A stretch of 64,000 bases of DNA from Rhodosorus marinus CCMP1338 (GCA_029953675.1 JAMWBK010000008.1:1798001-1862000), one strand, 5' to 3'; counted from the stretch's first letter, positions 24,405 to 36,531 are shown. A program made the numbers and translations. Notes: generated from the letters alone by a model not told the origin.

Positions 24405-25311
24405 ATGAAGCGTAGGGTTAGTAGTGCGTACAGGTTACGCTTTTGGGACGGGAAGTTTGTTTGTAGTGGTGAGATTTGATTGAGAATCGTAATGGGATGT
24501 TGGAGGGAACCACAAAAATGTGGGGGTTCAGGATAAAACGCCCTTTTTTGAGAGATGTTGAGCTGTGAGGGCTGCTGCGTTGTGTTCTGAAGCTCAATCG
24601 CACTTTGTCACAGTTGTCTGTAATCTTCTTTTCTTGTGTTTTTGTTTTTCCACTCCCCAATTCCGGCCGCTCGCTTGGATTTTATTTCTATTTTTTTTGA
24701 GCATGTAAGGGTTCATGTGTCTCGACTTATTCGATCTCATCAACGTGTTCGTTCACTAGCACATCGGTGCGCTGGTAAGCGGTTCTTCTTCTTTCTTTTC
24801 TTGTTTGGGTTCGTACTTGGCTAGCATTTGTGCATTCCAGGGTTCGGTTGAGGTTGAAAATATCGGTGAGGAGTGTCCAATGCGTGAATAGTTTGTCCTG
24901 ATTTCGGGTGTGCTTTTGCAGAGCTCAAGTTGACCAGTCCGGATGTGGGCTCACCCAAGATTGAAACAAAAACTAGATAGAGGATCAACAAGCAGCGACG
25001 GAAGGGCCTGCTGTTTGCACTTAAATGCATGATATCCGTTTTGCAACTCATCCAGGGCTACTACTCAACGGGGCAAAATGATGGGCCGCGAGCTTTCCGT
25101 GTTTTCGCTCGCCAGGTCGACCTCTCGGTTTTTTTGCTTCAGCTCGTAGAAACGTAAGTGGTCGGAGACGACTTCAGACAAGCTTCTTGTTTCGAGGTCG
25201 CCGAATTCTCGACAAAATTTCACGAGGCACAACGTATAGATTTTCCTCATCGTTCGAACGTAATAGACGTATCCAAAGCCGACATATTGGGACAGAGTGA
25301 ATTGGGCGAGC
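24405..25311 (+). CDS. Possible small spliced gene with micro-exons
   Basis: Good donors (gtaag 24705, 24775, 25154; gtgag 24866) and acceptors (24759, 24840, 24921) define 15- and 25-nt exons. A G-rich upstream tract matches other sense 5' regions here, but the model has an in-frame TAG (~24978) and no certain start. Confidence 0.25.
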
Positions 25312-25686
25312 TATGAGCTTGAATTCGTGCGACGCGTTTCAGCGTGCAATTTGGGGTTCCCTACTAAGCGTTCATATCCTACGCCCTTTTCAACGGACCT
25401 GCAGTCTTGAGAAGGAAAACTTAATGGTCGCAAGAGACATTCCTGCGTATTTCGAGAAAGCACGGACGAGCGCGTCGCCTCAGTATTTAATCTGTGTCCC
25501 TCTTCTCGGCTGATTTTAGCCGCGTACGTTCCGTGCGGCATAATTTGAAAGTTAGCATATCAAAAGCGAGTAGGTTTCATCCGCTAGTAGTAATTGGTCG
25601 CTTTGGGATCCATTCCATGTACAAAAGTTTGGCTCTCGGTTCAGTAGCCAGAAACCAAAAAAGAATTAGCTCGAGCAAGTCGTGTC

Positions 25687-27564
25687 CTAGCCCACGGTCT
25701 TTCCATCGTTCGCAGGTACTGTGTTGGACGCGTAGTCGGGTCGAATTTCGTTCGGCCGCTTGGGAACCGGCGATCTTGGAGACTTATAAATGATGAACAA
25801 GAGCAGCGCCCGAACACACATCATCAGGTTAAGCGCAGCCCAAATCGCCTGTAGCGGAAGGCTGAGCTGCTTCACTAGACTGAGGCCCGCCCATGCACAA
25901 GCACAAGCCACTGTGACCGCCGCGGCAAGTGTGGTAAACTGTCGGCCCCCGGAGTAGATTCCGTCGAAGACAAACACCATGGCGTTGATGGGCATTGTGT
26001 ATGCCATGATCGGGAAGCTCTTCCTCAGAAGGTTCACCACGTTCGGATCCGCGGTGAACGCTGTGGAAAACCACCCGGAACATAGAGTTAGCACAACACT
26101 GAACGATACGCCCAATAGAAACCCGACTTGCAGAACCCTAATTCAGCAGTTAGATAGACGGGCCACAAAAGACTTAGCAGCAGGCCCCTTGAGCAAATTC
26201 ACCACCAGCCAAATTACTATTTGGAGATGCTATTTCGTCGATCGTACCTGTTCGATGCCTGTCTTGCTGTCTCATAATCTCCCCTTCCGAGGTTAACGGG
26301 AATGAGGGATTGCGCTGCGACGGACATGGAATCAAGCAATCGCGAAAATAGCGTCCATATCTGCCTGCCGATTTCAAACGCCGCCAGATTGACGCTGCCT
26401 TTCGATGCCGCAGTTGCTGTCGCGAAGGAAACGGTGGACATGATTGACAGCGTTCGGACGGACAAGATAACGCCAGTTTTCAGCAACGGAACTACTTTTG
26501 TCAACTCCGGAGGCCTCCTGAGATCGGACACCTTCAGAAGACCTTTCCTGACCATGAGGATGAACAGCCCAGTTGAAAGCGTGATTTGTCCCATAGCAGT
26601 CGCCAGACCAGCCCCGATAACTCCCATCTTGTAGTAGAAGATCAGCAGTGGGAACAGAGTTAGGTTCACCACATCCGCGATAATTCCCACAAAGAACGGT
26701 GTCCTAGTATCTTGATAACCGCGAAACGCTGCCTGACAAACCATGATCGACAGAAAGAACGGTGCGGCAAGAATTCTCGCCCTCAAGTACGACTTGGCGT
26801 ACGGAAGGACAAGCGTATTGGCACCGAAGAACTGCACAATTGGGCTTGTGAATGCAGACAGGACAATGACTGCTGTCATGCCAGCGATGAAGGCAATCCA
26901 CAGAGCCGAAGCTATGGTTCTCGAAGCCAATTCTCGATCCCCTCGACCGAAGGCCTCTGCGATCTGTGGCGTGGTTACCATCCCCAAAAAGTTAAAACAT
27001 GTAAAGGACAAATTGAAAACGTTGTTGCTGATTCCCACGCCACCAAGTGAGAGAGCACCGAGGCGGCCCAGAAACGCCGTATCCGCCAGCGCGACGAGCG
27101 GATCCAAGGCAAGAGCACCGAGAGCTGGAATAGACAACTTGGCTATCTCCCGATCCACTTCAGATTGTGTGAAGATCTCGCGAACACTCTTTTGTACATT
27201 CTGCAGCCGGACCGGGATGGAAACAAATCACGCTCGTCTCGATGAGCACAAGAAGTAATGAAATCATGATAACGTGGGAAGATATTTCGTGGCCTCGACC
27301 CCTCTAAACTAACAATCTCTTAGGCCAACCTGATCGTACCTGAAGGAACACTGGTCGCTCAGTGACAACAACCTCTTCGTCGGCTGCTGCTTCCTCCTCT
27401 TCGAAACTGTCAAGTTTATCCGAACTGGGCGTGTCCGCGATTTTTGCGTGCGTCAATTCCCTCCCTCGTTTTCGACAATCCCATCGTTTCCAGACCAACC
27501 CCTTACGAGACTCAACCGCTCTGTTGTTTCCAGCTGGTACACTAGGCACGAAACCTCCGACCAT
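25687..27564 (-). CDS. MATE efflux transporter, DinF/FRD3-like clade, N-terminal extension (possibly plastid), 3 exons
   Basis: REIAKLSIPALGALALDPLVALADTAFLGRLG, AFRGYQDTRTPF and VFVFDGIYSGG motifs. Introns at ~27201-27339 and ~26140-26248. Confidence 0.92.
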
Positions 27565-29110
27565 CGAAAAAAACAGTCGGCGCTCTTCAAACTCCCCTAC
27601 ACCCCCCAACGGGAAGCCCACTCAGATATTCACAATATTACAGCACTTTCTTACTGAACCACAATGGGCCAAAAAAAACAGAAATAAAAATACCCACCCC
27701 ACTCCTCTCCTCCCTCCCACAACTGCTAGCAACTTCAAACCACCAATTAAAAACGTCTATAAAGCACTCTCCTCACGCTCCGCTAGACAACGATTTGCAA
27801 ACGGACCATCCAGTTGATACCACCAACAAGCACAGATCGAGGGGGAACGTTATCTCAAAAAGGAATAGAAGGTCTCAAGATACTAAACTCCAGTCATCCA
27901 AAATCTCTCCTCAATCTCAACGCTAATCCGTTACCCCCAGCCTGATCAAACTAAAACAAGGAAATACCTATTCAAACAGGATACGTAGAGACTTTTACTT
28001 TTCCTCTTTCTTTCCCATCCTTCCCAACTTCAACCCCCAACCCCCCTCCCGCGCCTCCCCCACATACCCACAAAAAAAGCATCTTCATTCCATCGCAGCC
28101 GGCGCACCGACAGTGCCACCCATTTCCCCCACTTTCGTCCAAATGGGGTTTTGTGAAAACCGCTTTCCCACCGAGGTCATGGGAAATGACTCAATTTAAC
28201 TGTCATCCACGAACGCCCTAAATATCTCTCAAGGCTAGCTTTGTGATGAAAGAGTAAATTCTTTATTGTAAATAAAACGAGAGTATATGACGAGAATAAA
28301 TGTATTTAAGAAATGTTTTTGCATAGGTGACAATTAATTCATAGCTCGATTCACATGTTGGCTGACCGATTTACCGATTCGCTCTCTGAAAATTCTTTGA
28401 ATCGGATAGATCCCGTTTAGTGTCACTGATGCCCTGGATGATTTTTCTGAATTTTGAAGTTTGTGTTGATTAGATTGAAAATATGGAGCGTTAGAGGTTT
28501 TTCTTGATTGAATAAGGGATTCTGAGAGCAGATGGGAGAGATGACAGATAAGCGCATGCTTGCCGAATGCTATGATCGTGGAATTGAGATGGTGTTTTGC
28601 TTAATTATTAGAGGCCCTGAATTGGGCGGGGGTGGAGGTTCTGGATGCATTTATCTTACCCCCCTTATCCTAATTTTACGGGAAAAAAGGTAGATACATC
28701 TGGGCGATTATTTAATTTTCTAGATGAAATAAAAATGAGTATAGTGCGATGGTAGGCACGTATATCAACCCGTACATCAGCAATAGATTAACGCGATAGG
28801 TTTGTGAACGCGGACTTTTCGATGGGGTTGATCGAAGGAGCACGCAGACTCGAACAGGGCCAGGAGGTCAACCATAAACCCTAAATAGCTCATTTTCACA
28901 TTTATTTATAAAAATAACCATTTCCCGGCAATGTACGGTATCGAATTACCCCTAAGAAGTTGCGCGCAGCTTCGGGGTCAACAGAGTCAATCTTTGTGCT
29001 CATAATGACTGCGATAATGGCTGACGAAAAATAGGACAGACTGTATTATACAACCAATCACACTCTCGAAAACCACACGAGTCGTAATTTATTCTACTAT
29101 ACATGATAAC

Positions 29111-29788
29111 TCAAATGCAGACGTGGCACACGCCCCTTTCGTGCGGAGCTTTCTCCTTCGCAGTCTCCATCGGTTCCATAATGACTGAGATTTCTGAAAA
29201 CGAGTATCCTGGGGAAGCGGAAGAATTCATCCTTTGTTTTTCGGTTGAATTAAGATGGATGGATCTGGAAAGCAACGGCTTTGCTTGCGGAACTGAGTGA
29301 TCAGGCTTGCTCCGCCGAGCTGGCGATGGAAACGATGGGTCGTGCTTTGGGGGGGGGGGGAGTGTGGGGAGCGCAGGTGGATGCGATGGACAGGAATTCC
29401 GTTTAGTAGCATCCATAGTACACTGGGCATATATGAATTCCCTTGTTTCTAGTCTTTTATCTGGTCTTTGTCTCGTGAACAGTACGCAAGGACGTGGAGA
29501 GTTCTGATCTTGACCTGGATTTCCGTCTCGAGCGGGTGCCCCGTCGCATTTTCTTCTGTTTTTGGAAGGGGGAGGTGACTTTTGAAAGTAGCACCGCGAG
29601 TGACGGCCATGTTCATCTTTGATTCGCGATCGTAGGGTTTTACCGCGTTCGCCCGTGCACAAGCTTTCGGACATGGCCCGTGGTGCCTTGTTTGTTGAAA
29701 TTAAAGTGCTATTCAGGATGGCCAGATCGCTCCATGGAAACAGAATCTCCCCGGCATCGTAGTCGGGGAAAAAGTTTGCCGCGCCCAT
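29111..29788 (-). CDS. Hypothetical protein (~225 aa, Pro/Ser-rich, ends in CHVC)
   Basis: Single long ORF in otherwise AT-richer DNA, with ATG at 29788. No domain recognised. Confidence 0.45.
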   Translation of the reverse strand: MGAANFFPDYDAGEILFPWSDLAILNSTLISTNKAPRAMSESLCTGERGKTLRSRIKDEHGRHSRCYFQKSPPPSKNRRKCDGAPARDGNPGQDQNSPRPCVLFTRQRPDKRLETREFIYAQCTMDATKRNSCPSHPPALPTLPPPPKHDPSFPSPARRSKPDHSVPQAKPLLSRSIHLNSTEKQRMNSSASPGYSFSEISVIMEPMETAKEKAPHERGVCHVCI

Positions 29789-30053
29789 GTCTTCTGTCCC
29801 TTCCCCCTCCAAACTCAATGTCTGTTTCCGAAAGGGTCGCGCAGGGCTGGCTGGTAAGAAGAGTAGGATAAAAAATCACTTGATTTTTATAGAGATAGTT
29901 AAAAGTATTCGCACTCCAACATTTGGAGAGGTTGGTATTTCAATAGAACAAAAAAAATATACGGTTCAGTTCTCCACTATGGCTTCCATTACATCTCCCG
30001 CGCGGCTTCCATCTTCGAATAGCTCTCCGCCACGCCAGTCCTTGGCGCGCTTC

Positions 30054-30806
30054 CTAGTAAATTGCGAGTACGAGCTCGCTCAACAAAGTTCCCTGCGAGG
30101 GATCCATGATCTCATCCGTTGCCCCGCCAAACTCTTCCTCGTCCAGCTTGCCATGATGACCAGAGAAGATGCTCCGCGGATCAAAGTCACCCGTCTTCTT
30201 CTCCGTTAAGTCCCCCTGGTTCACAAGAAAGCTCGACTTCGACTCCGCGCTATGGTCCCCCGGCTGAAGACTCGAAAGCATCTCTATGTCTCCCCCCTTC
30301 GTACTATTCTCTCCGTTCAGTCCAATTTTCATTTCATACTCCTAGGGGAAAGAAGAAAGCTCTGTCGGTCAACACAGAGATTATCACTCACAACATGCGA
30401 CAGATGACCCCTCTCTCAAACCCACCTTCTTGTGCTTTTGCCACAACCATAAATTATCCGCTCTGAATCCTCTGTTCTCCTCCCGTAGCTGGTGGATTTC
30501 ATTGCGCAAGTATGTCTTGTCATTTCTCAACTCGAGTTTCTCATTCTTCAAAGTATCCAGTTCCTTCCTCGTCAGCGCAATCATTCCCTCTATTTCTTCC
30601 AACAAACGCGCCTGCCTTTGAATCTTCTCGCTGGCCCGAACTAGAATCTTCTCCTTATCCGACCGCCTGCCAAGCGCACGATTCCCGACCTCCTCCGATC
30701 CCGCTGAAGAAGAGAACAGCAGCGCCTGCAGTTCATCAAAGCGAGTGTGCATGAGCTCCCTTCGCTTCCTCTCCAGCGTCCTCTTCTTTCCCTTTGCACT
30801 ATCCAT
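30054..30806 (-). CDS. bHLH-leucine zipper transcription factor, resembling plant subgroup IVb/IVc, 2 exons
   Basis: ERKRRELMHTRFDELQALL..SDKEKILVRA followed by LKNEKLELRNDKTYLRNE (compare plant LKxEKNELRDEK). Phase-0 intron at ~30342-30425. Confidence 0.85.
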
Positions 30807-32730
30807 CGCCTCAAACCAAACAAATAATAAAAACAGCTACACAGCGCAAGACCACCACGGCGTCCTCCACCGCACCAACCAAAAAAAACAAAAACCAGCG
30901 ACAAGAGAGGTAACACCGAAAGAAAAGAGAAAACGGCTCAATCTATACACCCTCAGAAATGTTTCATACTCCTCTCACAGACAAAACAAAACAAACCCTT
31001 CTTCCTTTTCTACAAAGGTACCTCCGTCCTACCCTTTCCCTACTCCTTATCCATCCCCACCATCCCCAATCCTTCAATTTCAAAGCTCTTATGTGACTAA
31101 TGGTCCTCCAACAAATCCTCCCAAAATAGCCCAAGAAGCCTGGGCACCGAAAGGTCAGACTATTGGGGGTTCATTTAAGCAATTTTGCTCGTTTTTTTTA
31201 ACGTCCTGTCAAGATGTTATCAAATTTTCAAGAACGATAGACCTAAAGCAACAACTTTCATACTAAGCATCGCTTTTTGCAAGAGACTTCGTCATCGTTT
31301 GTATATTTTGTATATTTTAGGGCTGTTTTGGGCGCGAATTTTTGTCGATTGGAGAGAGCACAATTGGTTCTATCGATAGTACACTTTATGTTTAATGTTA
31401 ATTCGGTAAATAATTCTTTTTATGATATTTATTTTCCGTTTTATGGGTGATGATGATTGTTATTACACAATAGGATAGTAGAGGATGGTTGGCAGGGATA
31501 GGAACACTCCGGCTTTTTTTACTAATTTACGAAAGAAAAAAGCAATCGCGGAGGGGGGACTAGGTAGGCAGTTCTTGCTTTATATTTTTAGTTTGTTTCG
31601 TGGGAATTATAGGCACCTGACCGGATTTTTACGTCGTCTCGTGGTGTGGGGGGGTGTATTCGGTGGTGCGGCAAATTTTTTTAAGGGTACTTGAGTTTTG
31701 GTATCAGGAGCCATATCGAAATATAGGAAGCGCTGAATGCTATTGAATTTGATGAATTTCTTCCTTACTTTTCAGGAAACGCAGATCACGAGGGATTCTG
31801 GTGACATAGTGATAGATCGCGTTGGTGATTTTTTTGCAATCTAATAAGGGGTGGTATGTATATATCAATTTGGATGAATATGGATGATAAAATTTCAAAT
31901 ATTAAATAATCTTCTCGAACAATACTCCGGCTACTAGCCATGTTGGGGTTTGCAAATCCAGGAAACGGGGGGAGGGCACTGACTCGTCAATCCGTCATCG
32001 GTTGGGCGCCCCTGATGTAGGAAATTAAAAACGCCCGAAAGCAATCCGTCACCGGAAACTGTGGAATGAATATCGAAAATAAATACGACTCTGTCGACCC
32101 TAAAATGGAAAATCAGAGAGCTGTCTTATTATATGGCTAAGATTTTTTTCTGAGAGAAGGGGGGCGCGGAGGGGAGGGGGTGGGTGTTTGTGTATGTGTG
32201 TCTGTGAGCTGGTTCAATCAGCATTCGCGAATTAGCTTCGTCCTATAGCTCGTCGTTATGAGTCTTTGGGGACAGTGCTTGAGTCCCTCCCCGTGGTTGC
32301 TTGAGTGCTTTAGGGGGATCAACTTGGGCGTTGCTAGCGCCCTTGAAATCTCTTCTAAGTGTTGTCTAGGGGTGGAGTTCCGCCGAGCTGCGGCATATCC
32401 CACCAGTGCCGGGTTCCTTCTGGATTTTTTTCAATTTCCTGAATCATTCATTGATTTCATAGGCTTTCGGCATTCCCGCCCCTCCCCAGCTCCCTCCCCA
32501 GCTCAACGGCCCCGAAAAAAAAGAAAAAAAAGGACAGCCTGTCCTTAGTTTTTAATAAATGAATTGTGCTAGACGTTTTGTTTTCAAATCCACGTTTCCC
32601 AGGATATCGTCCAATCACAAGTCTCGCATAAAGGGGCAAACTAAATTTAGAACTCTTATCTTTTTCATGGCTTATCTACATAAAGCTATAATTTTCAGTA
32701 ATTGTCATTTGTGTTGACGGTTCTTAATGT

Positions 32731-32806
32731 AGAAGAGTCGGAAATTTAGGATCAGCTAATTCAATCAATGTTTTGAATTAGCTGATCCTAAATTTCCGAC
32801 TCTTCT
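32731..32806. repeat. Perfect 34-bp inverted repeat with 8-nt loop
   Basis: AGAAGAGTCGGAAATTTAGGATCAGCTAATTCAA (32731-32764) is the exact reverse complement of 32773-32806. Confidence 0.95.
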
Positions 32807-32852
32807 CGTTCGAAGAAATTGTATGACAGGCTGTCTAGGAAAACTTTCTGTG

Positions 32853-33165
32853 TTTTACGTCTCAAACTGCCAGCTGGGTATTGCCTCAATTACTTCAGAT
32901 TTCCGGTTTTATTTCCCCCTAATTACTCCCTAATTAGGTAATATATCCCAATTCTATCTTGTTTTCTCCTATATCTTGCTTTTCTTTTCTTCTCTGCCCA
33001 GGTAACCTGGGAAATATCGAGTTTGCCCATCGTACTTATACTCTTGCTCCATCGGGATGTGCAATAACTATAAAGTCAAAAAGGGTGTTGCAGCTCCAGA
33101 GATTTTGGAACAGCCCTAGCATAATTTTGCATAGCCGGACATTGCTGGAAGGTGGAGACGTCACA
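32853..33165 (-). repeat. 3' LTR (313 bp)
   Basis: Direct repeat of 36532-36844, roughly 4-5% different by eye. Element-sense termini are TGTGACGTCTC...GAGACGTAAAA. Confidence 0.92.
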
Positions 33166-33373
33166 TCCCTGCCACGGAAGAAGAAGCGCGGGGTCGGGCA
33201 GATGCAGCAGCACGATGAAAGTTCATGTAGTAGCGAATTTGCCTTTTTGTAGCAGCGGTTTGTGGCAACTGATGAGCTGCAATCCATCGAGCATCAGCTA
33301 CAGTTTCACCCTCGAAGTATACCATATATTCGCTGGTTCCCTCTGGTTTCATCCGATGACCAAGTACGGATTT
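33161..33373 (-). pseudogene. Integrase C-terminal chromodomain fragment fused to a truncated gag
   Basis: IKSVLGHRMKPEGTSEYMVYFEGETVADARW fits the chromodomain pattern (ILxHR..EYLVxWxG..xW). It abuts gag sequence at 33374. Confidence 0.7.
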
Positions 33374-33784
33374 GATTCAAAGTCCGCGTAGGTTGTCGGC
33401 CGCTGGTCGTCCGCAATTAAGGTCCACCAGTACGAAGCATCGCTGACCAGGTAACATTCGGCCAAGTTTATCTTGTACGCATCGGCATCATCGGCAAGTT
33501 CCGCCAACTTGAAGTAGGTGCGGAGACTATTCAGGAACGTGCTGATAACTAAAGCATCTCGACGCCCGTCTTAGGTTTCGGGTTGGGGTGCGTGCAACTT
33601 GATCGGGGGCATGTTGGTCAGGTTCTTCTGGATTCTCGTCTCTCTCTTAAGGTCAGGTCCAGGTTTCGAAGTTTCTGGATCAGGTTTAACGGGTTTTCTG
33701 GTTGTGGGCTCATTTTCGTCAGGATCTCTGGTGGCGAATAGGGTCCTTAATCGCAAACATGCGATGAGACCAGATTTTTACGTC

Positions 33785-34462
33785 TCAAACTGCCAACTGG
33801 GTATTCAGGTTGTGTGTCAGGATGTACTTCTGTTTTTTCCGGTTCGTATTTTGGTGATTCTGGGTTATTTCCTTAAGCATACCCATTAATTGTTGCCAGA
33901 ATAGGCTGGTAAACTTCGTATCGCGATCGGAGACAATTGTTCGGGGTAGTCCCGCAAAGCGTACCCAGTTTTCGAAGAACAGTTCAGCGGTCTTGCATGG
34001 ATCTGCATCTGTCTTTGTTGGGATAAACTTTGCGTATTTCGAAAATCGGCCGACGATTATAAAAATTGCGTCGAAGCCGGATTCAGTCACCGGAAGACTG
34101 ACAATGAAGTCCATCGAGATATCTTGCAACTTTGATTCTGGTACTGGCAGAGGTTGTAAAAGCCCCTGAGCCGCCCTTAATGGTTTCTGACGCTGACATG
34201 TCTCACATTTCTGTATCAGGGACTGGACGTCATCTCGTAAGGTCCGCCAATAATATCGCCGCTTCAACAGGTTCACCCTTTTATGAAGCCCAAAATGTCC
34301 TCCCGTTGGCTCTTCCTGATGCCTCCGTAATAAATCGGGTATGAGTTTCTGGGGCACACAAACACGATGATGTTTGTACAGAATGTCCTGTTTCCTGCGA
34401 AATCCCTGCTCCGCATATTTTGCTGCTTCAGAGTAAACTGCGGTGAAATCAGGATCTTGCAA
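33785..34462 (-). pseudogene. Truncated retroviral-type integrase (HHCC and first two catalytic Asp), left arm
   Basis: H..PTGGHFG...[18 protein letters not shown] and [14 protein letters not shown]. It is cut off before the catalytic Glu and fused to LTR-like sequence. Confidence 0.9.
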
Positions 34463-34488
34463 GTAAGCTTCTGACCAGTCTTCGGAGG

Positions 34489-35240
34489 GCGAGATATGTA
34501 AATCGCTTATTGCCGTTTTCCTTTGACATCGAGTACCAGAAGGGAACAGAAAATATCGCGGATCCTCTCAGTCGAGGCGCGATCAACCAGATGGCGATCT
34601 CCAGTATCTTGCCCTACGAAGATTGGTCAGAAGATTGGTCAGAAGCTTACTTGCAAGATCCTGATTTCACCGCAGTTTACTCTGAAGCAGCAAAATATGC
34701 GGAGCAGGGATTTCGCAGGAAACAGGACATTCTCTACAAACATCATCGTGTTTGTGTGCCCCAGAAACTCGTACCCGATTTATTACGGAGGCATCACGAA
34801 GAGCCAACGGGAGGACATTTTGGGCTTCATAAAACGGTGAACCTGTTGAAGCGGCGAAATTATTGGCGGACCTTACGAGATGACGTCCAAGTCCCTGATA
34901 CAGAAATGTGAGACATGTCAGCGTCAGAAACCATTAAGGGCGGCTCAGGGGCTTTTACAACCTCTGCCAGTACCAGAATCAAAGTTGCAAGATATCTCGA
35001 TGGACTTCATTGTCAGTCTTCCGTTGACTGAATCCGGCTTCGACGCAATTTTCATAGTCGTCGACCGATTTTCGAAATACGCAAAGTTTATCCCAACAAA
35101 GACAGTGCAGATCCATGCAAGACCGCTGAACTGTTCTTCGAAAACTGGGTACGCTTTGCGGGACTACCCCGAACAATTGTCTCCGATCGCGATACGAAGT
35201 TTACCAGCCTATTCTGGCAACAATTAATGGGTATGCTTAA
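34489..35240 (+). pseudogene. RNase H C-terminus plus frameshifted integrase, spacer and right arm
   Basis: ARYVNRLLPFSFDIEYQKGTENIADPLSR, then integrase split over ORFs 34510-34911 and 34880-35227 by 1-bp indels. Confidence 0.88.
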
Positions 35241-35356
35241 GGAAATAACCAAGAATCACCAAAATACGAACCGGAAAAAACAGAAGTACATCCTGACACA
35301 CAACCTGAATACCCAGCTGGCAGTTTGAGACGTAAAAATCTGGTCTCATCGCATGT

Positions 35357-36110
35357 TTGCGATTAAGGACCCTATTCGCCACCAGAGATCCTGACGAAAA
35401 TGAGCCCACAACCAGAAAACCCGTTAAACCTGATCCAGAAACTTCGAAACCTGAACCTGACCTTAAGAGAGAGACGAGAATCCAGAAGAACCTGACCAAC
35501 ATGACCCCGATCAAGTTGCACGCACCCCAACCCAAAACCTACGACGGGCGCCGAGATGCTCTAGTTATCAGCACGTTCCTGAATAGTCTCCGCACCTACT
35601 TCAAGTTGGCGGAACTTGCCGATGATGCCAATGCGTACATTGATAAACTTGGCCGAAGGTTACCTGGTCAGCGATGCTTCGTACTGGTGGTCCTTAATTG
35701 CGGACGACAAGCGGCCGACAACCTACGCGGACTTTGAATCTACGTTGAGGGCGCAATTTTACCCCGCCGACGCTACGATACGAGCAAACAACAACTTGCG
35801 AATGCGAAGCAGAAAACCACGGTGGCCGCTTACTCAGGGTATTTTAACAAGTGCCTCATTCAAGTCGGTGCAATTTCGGACTCGGAGAAATCCGACCGGT
35901 TCGTTGAAGGGCTAAAGCCTGAGATAAGGAAATATATCTATATTCACGATATTTCCACATTCGAGGGAGCCCAGGCTCTCACCCTGAAAATTGAAGGCGC
36001 TGAGATGCCTACCCAGCCCCATCGAGTTAACGAGAAGTTTTCAACTGAGAAATCTACCTTCCCACTACGTCAACCTGCTATATATATGGAATTTGACCAT
36101 GTTGATAAGG
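35357..36110 (+). pseudogene. Ty3/Gypsy gag, frameshifted
   Basis: PKTYDGRRD, YLVSDASYWW, TYADFESTLRAQFYP and EKSDRFVEGLKPEIR across three frames. Confidence 0.85.
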
Positions 36111-36531
36111 TGGTTACGAACGGGGAGGGGGGGGAAGGGGGTAGTTTAGGCGTGGCCCTGCTTTCTCTGCCCTTGTGGGGGTTATGGTGAGCTTTTGATG
36201 GAGTGACTGAGGGTTTATGAGCTTTTGACCATTTTGGTTCGGATGAGGTGGAACTAGTGGAGCCCTGACCACTATGGCAAAAAGAAAAGGAGGGCGCTTA
36301 CCATGGCGAGAGAGTTGCGCGTGGTGGGTGATGACGTAATCGTAACCCCCGATGTTTTCGATCCCGAGTACTAATGTGAATGAGGTAGGAGACTTGGCAT
36401 TCACGGATGGCGAGACAGCTGGCAGACTGATGATCACGAGACGTGCAGGATATATTAGACACGAGATGTGCAGGATTTATGTGGCGCGAGATTTGCAGGA
36501 AACATGACACAAGATGGCGATGAGACCAGAT

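Larger units (their letters stand above)
33374..35740. repeat. Long inverted repeat: arms 33374-34496 and 34605-35740, 108-bp spacer
   Basis: The arms are reverse complements along their length (integrase, LTR tail, PBS, gag 5' part), with scattered substitutions, 1-bp indels and a 12-bp duplication (GATTGGTCAGAA) in the right arm. Confidence 0.93.
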
